The notes beneath the pieces are model-generated. The model searched no databases. It was given only the letters and a program-made list of their open reading frames with translations, and had not been told where the DNA came from. A stretch of 64,000 bases of DNA from an uncultured Acidimicrobiales bacterium (GTDB lineage Bacteria; Actinomycetota; Acidimicrobiia; Acidimicrobiales; CADCSY01). The stretch spans positions 13,555-77,554 of the forward strand of contig CADCSY010000005.1 in NCBI GenBank assembly GCA_902805555.1, read 5' to 3'. Positions 58,823 to 64,000 of this stretch are shown piece after piece. Within the stretch, counting starts at the first letter, position 1; each line of letters begins with the position of its first letter. The position numbers and the translations under genes are program-made.

Positions 58823-59960
58823 GTGCGCAGGCGGCCCCGGCGACGACGCGGCGGGGTCGGGGGCGAGGCACCCGCTGGAGGGCGTACGCCGCGCCCAGGG
58901 CCATGAACGGCACCACCGGCACCATGTAGAAGAGGTACCCCGGCTTGGTGAGCAGCCACGGCGCCCACTGCCCGACGGCGAAGGTGAGGACGATGGCGGC
59001 CGTCCCGTCCCGGCGTCGCAGCGCGAGCCAGGCGAGGAACGGGGTGGCGAGGGCGAACCCCCACCACAGGACCGGGTTGCCCAGGGTGACGATGCGGGCT
59101 CGCATCCCCTCGCCCACGACGCAGGCCTCCCCGTCGGAGCGGGGACAGCGCTCGTAGTAGGTGAGCACCGGGCGCTGCAGGAGGGGCCACCGCCAGGCGG
59201 GCGACCGGTACGGGTGCCTCGGCTCGAGGTTCCGGTGGAAGTCGACCAGCTCCCGGTGCTCGTCGACGAGGCCGGCCACCCGGTCCCCGGGCGACGTCCC
59301 GCACCGGCCCGCCTCGCACTGCTCGACCGCCTCCTCGGTGCTCTCGTAGCTCACGTACCAGCCGCTGTAGCCGAGCACGTACACGACGGCCGGCACGACG
59401 ACGAGCGGCACGAGGACCCGGCGCAGCGAGCGGTCCCGGACCACCACGACGGCGAGCGCGAGCGCCAGTGCGATGGCAGCCGACCACTTCGTCCCCAGGG
59501 CCAGCCCGAAGCTCACGCCCGCCAGCAGCCGCCAGTGGCGGCCGGGCTCGTCACGGTCGACGAGGAGCAGGAGCGCGCCGGCGGCGACGAACAGCCCGAC
59601 GAACACGTCGAGCATCCCGATCCGGCTCATCGTGAAGGCCAGCCCGTCGAGCGCGACGAACAGGGCCGCCAGCCCCGCCGCCCACCGCCGTCGGAGGAGG
59701 CGCAGGCCGAGCAGGTAGGTGGCGAGCACCGTCAGGGTGCCGGCGAGGGCCGGCGCCACCCGCCAGCCGAAGCTGTCGTCGCCGGCGACGGCGATGCCGG
59801 CGGCGATCAGCCACTTGCCGACGGGAGGGTGGGCCGGCCGCACCTCCTCGACGCCCTGGCGGAGGTACTCCTGCGCGTCCCCGACGTAGTACACCTCGTC
59901 GAAGTAGATCCGCTCCGGCTCGTCGAGGCGGGCGAGGCGGACGCCCCCGGCCAGCAGCAC
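58722..59960 (-). CDS. Dolichyl-phosphate-mannose protein mannosyltransferase (PMT, GT39)
   Basis: Loop-1 DE motif FDEVYY and a PMT-type multi-TM core. The N-terminus is incomplete as annotated: TM1 is encoded in frame upstream of the first canonical start. Confidence 0.78.
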   Translation of the reverse strand: MLLAGGVRLARLDEPERIYFDEVYYVGDAQEYLRQGVEEVRPAHPPVGKWLIAAGIAVAGDDSFGWRVAPALAGTLTVLATYLLGLRLLRRRWAAGLAALFVALDGLAFTMSRIGMLDVFVGLFVAAGALLLLVDRDEPGRHWRLLAGVSFGLALGTKWSAAIALALALAVVVVRDRSLRRVLVPLVVVPAVVYVLGYSGWYVSYESTEEAVEQCEAGRCGTSPGDRVAGLVDEHRELVDFHRNLEPRHPYRSPAWRWPLLQRPVLTYYERCPRSDGEACVVGEGMRARIVTLGNPVLWWGFALATPFLAWLALRRRDGTAAIVLTFAVGQWAPWLLTKPGYLFYMVPVVPFMALGAAYALQRVPRPRPRRVVAGAACALTIAAFAFWYPVWSGVETTKPFQDDRMWFDSWR

Positions 59961-60076
59961 CAGCAGGAGCGGGACGACGAGCCCCCACGCCCTGCGGCGT
60001 GGGGGACGCGAACGAGCCGCACCCGCCGGTGCGGCGAGTGCGGCTCGTTGTGCTGCGTCTTCGAGGGTGGAGGAGC

Positions 60077-60325
60077 TCAGCTCTCCGTCTCGGTCTCGGT
60101 GTTCGTCTCGGTCTCGGTCTCCGACTCCTCGGTCTCCGTCTCGGTCTCGGTCTCCGAGGGCTCCTCGGTCTCGGTGACCGTCTCCTCCTCGGTCTCGGTT
60201 CCCGCCTCGGTCTCGGTGACCTCAGCCTCGTTGTCGTCTTCCTCGTCGTCCGAGCACGCGCTGGCGCCGAGGGCCAGCGAGGTCACGGCGACGGGGATCA
60301 TGAGCTTGCGAAGGAAGGGCGACAT
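60077..60325 (-). CDS. Small acidic lipoprotein with an (E-T)n repeat
   Basis: Signal peptide plus LALGASAC, then D/E-rich sequence and ETETETETEESETETETNTETETES. Encoded by tandem ctcggt hexanucleotides. Confidence 0.5.
   Translation of the reverse strand: MSPFLRKLMIPVAVTSLALGASACSDDEEDDNEAEVTETEAGTETEEETVTETEEPSETETETETEESETETETNTETETES
60085..60200. repeat. Hexanucleotide (ctcggt/ctccgt) microsatellite inside the small lipoprotein gene
   Basis: About 15 imperfect in-frame ctcggt units. Confidence 0.8.
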
Positions 60326-60432
60326 CGGTGTCAGTACCTCGTGGTGGGGGTCAAGTGCCGGCTCTTTCTACCCCACCCGTTCGCGACGATATGTCATACC
60401 CCCGCCTCCTGCGCACGCTTCGTGCGCCCCTC

Positions 60433-61431
60433 TCACGCACCGGCTCCGAGCCGGCGCTCCAGCAGCACGAAGTCGGCGCCCCCCCGCCAGCGGGGCAGCA
60501 CCGCGACCTGCCGGAAGCCCCGCTCCACGTAGAACCGCTCGGCCCCACCGCCCGCAGCGGTCCGCAGGACGAGGCGGTGGCACCCCCGCTCGATGGCGGC
60601 GGCGGTGAACGCTGCGAGCAGGTGGCCACCGACGCCCTCGCCCTGCGCAGCACGGTCGACGATGAGCCGCTCGAGGTGGCCCTCGCCGTCGCGGACCAGG
60701 CCGGTGGCGGCACCGGTCACCGACCCGTCGCGGCGGGCGACGACCACCAGGTGCTCCGCCGGGCGCCAGCCGGCCCCGGTCACCTCCCGGTCGTGGTCAT
60801 CCCACGCTGCGTCGAACCACGCCCGGGCGTCGGCGTCGAGCGACTCGCCCACTGACAGCGCCAGCGGGAGGCTCCCCCGCCCGACGACGACGGCGCCCCC
60901 CAGGGGCGCTTCCAGCAGCCGCCGCCAGACCCGCTCGCCGTCCTCGTCCCGCTGCTCCTGCAGGAGGGCGAGGCCGGTGAACACCACGTCGACGCGGTGA
61001 TCGGCCAGGGCGTGGGCCGCCGCCTCGATCCGGGCCGGGTCGCCCCCGTCCATGAGCGTGACGTGGGGCACGAACGGCCAGGTGATGGGGCGGGCGAGCG
61101 GCTCGGTGAGCACGGCCGCCCGCAGCCGGCCGAGCGCCTCGGCCGCTCCGGCCCCACCGACGCGCAGGTACAGCACCGGGTTCTCCGGCAGGAAGGTCTC
61201 GGGAGGGCCCAGCGTGGCGGTGAACGGGTGCTGCGCCTCGCCCGCCGCCCGCACCAGCGCCTCGGCCTCACCCACGCGGTCCTCGACGACGTTCACCGGC
61301 GGCACCAGCGTCACGTGGGGCGGGACGTGGCGCACCGCACCAGCTGCGCCGAGGGCCACCCGGAGCAGGTCGACGCCCTCCGCGGCCCGGGGCGGGACGA
61401 GCAGGGCGACACCGAGGCGGGTCCTGGGCAC
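60433..61431 (-). CDS. Fusion protein: 2H phosphoesterase (LigT/2'-5' RNA ligase-like) N-terminus plus GNAT acetyltransferase C-terminus
   Basis: Two H-x-T-x motifs (HVTLVPP, HVTLMDG) about 90 aa apart. A GNAT A-motif follows (RLIVDRAAQGEGVGGHLLAAF...RGFRQV). Confidence 0.68.
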   Translation of the reverse strand: MPRTRLGVALLVPPRAAEGVDLLRVALGAAGAVRHVPPHVTLVPPVNVVEDRVGEAEALVRAAGEAQHPFTATLGPPETFLPENPVLYLRVGGAGAAEALGRLRAAVLTEPLARPITWPFVPHVTLMDGGDPARIEAAAHALADHRVDVVFTGLALLQEQRDEDGERVWRRLLEAPLGGAVVVGRGSLPLALSVGESLDADARAWFDAAWDDHDREVTGAGWRPAEHLVVVARRDGSVTGAATGLVRDGEGHLERLIVDRAAQGEGVGGHLLAAFTAAAIERGCHRLVLRTAAGGGAERFYVERGFRQVAVLPRWRGGADFVLLERRLGAGA

Positions 61432-61473
61432 GGCTCGAGCATCCCCCGCAGGGACGGTCGCGCAGTCGGGGCG

Positions 61474-61857
61474 TCAGCCCCCGGCCAGCTCGAGGCGGAC
61501 CCGGGCCCTCCGGGCAGCCGCATCCGCCTCGGCGTCACCGGCGCCGGTCGCGCCCTGCGCCTCGGCCAGGGCCCGCTCGGCCCTGGCCCGGTCGATCTGG
61601 TCGGGCAGCTCGGCCACGTCGGACAGCACGGTGACCCGGTCGTCCATGACCTCGACGAAGCCGCCGTGGACCGCCACCTTCATCCGCGTGCCCTCGGTGA
61701 GGTCGATCGTGACCACACCGATGTCGAGCAGGCCGATGAAGGGCGCGTGGCCCGTGAGGAAGGCGATGTCGCCCTCCGCCGTGCGGGCGGTGACCGACGT
61801 CGCGTCCCCGCTGAAGAGGATGCGCTCGGGCGAGACCAGCTCGACCTGGAGGGTCAC
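61474..61857 (-). CDS. atpC: F0F1 ATP synthase subunit epsilon
   Basis: Epsilon homology (MTLQVELVSPERILFSG...VAVHGGFVEV). Confidence 0.92.
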   Translation of the reverse strand: MTLQVELVSPERILFSGDATSVTARTAEGDIAFLTGHAPFIGLLDIGVVTIDLTEGTRMKVAVHGGFVEVMDDRVTVLSDVAELPDQIDRARAERALAEAQGATGAGDAEADAAARRARVRLELAGG

Positions 61858-61861
61858 CGGC

Positions 61862-64000
<2,139 letters not shown>

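Noticed and set aside
58108-59406. Other frames over the PMT gene (58177..59487, 59551..59988, 59807..60022) as a source of the missing PMT N-terminus
   Set aside because: None encodes a hydrophobic helix. The TM1-like sequence is in the same frame as the PMT ORF, upstream of its first canonical start.

Overview
This is a ~72% GC actinobacterial-type chromosomal segment that is densely coding, mostly on the minus strand, and mostly core metabolism.

What the sequence supports:
- A gatCAB operon.
- A partial Eis-like GNAT gene at the left edge (not in the ORF track).
- Small accessory genes: a DUF3500 protein, an esterase, a YfhL-like ferredoxin, a TetR regulator and an SCP2 protein.
- A PASTA Ser/Thr kinase and ligA.
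- An iscS-mnmA pair.
- A conserved RDD / SpoIIM-like / LtrA / DUF58–MoxR–DUF4350–DUF4129–membrane-protein envelope module.
- galT.
- A complete glgE–treS–pep2–glgB alpha-glucan operon with a divergent glgP.
- A flotillin–NfeD pair.
- An enoyl-CoA hydratase–meaB–Nfu group.
- A four-gene membrane module of unknown function (cupredoxin-like lipoprotein, membrane protein, mini-TM protein, MFS fusion).
- An S9 peptidase, glpX, a YfhO-like/PMT glycosylation pair, a 2H-phosphoesterase–GNAT fusion, and atpG(partial)–atpD–atpC.
- No tRNA, rRNA, CRISPR or transposase was found.

Findings most worth a second look:
1. A MIRU-like ~51–60 bp repeat family occurs at four loci. It carries a 20-codon mini-ORF ([15 protein letters not shown](R/Q)ER..) whose ATG and TGA overlap the flanking genes' stop and start by ATGA or GTGA, and it is fused in frame to the tails of gatA and the S9 peptidase.
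2. Four tandem ~72 bp units lie between the DUF3500 gene and gatC. Each contains a 14-bp-stem hairpin whose mismatches are all G·U wobbles only in the plus-strand transcript.
3. Start codons (GTG, TTG or ATG) overlap the upstream stop by 4 nt (GTGA/TTGA/ATGA) at nearly every operon junction.
4. Coding-phase tandem repeats sit in the N-terminus of an MFS transporter, and an (ET)n hexanucleotide repeat occurs in a small lipoprotein.
5. The PMT gene's first transmembrane helix is encoded in frame upstream of any canonical start codon.

Coordinates follow the ORF track where my reading of the displayed sequence disagreed by 1 nt (around 38581–38760 and 44580).
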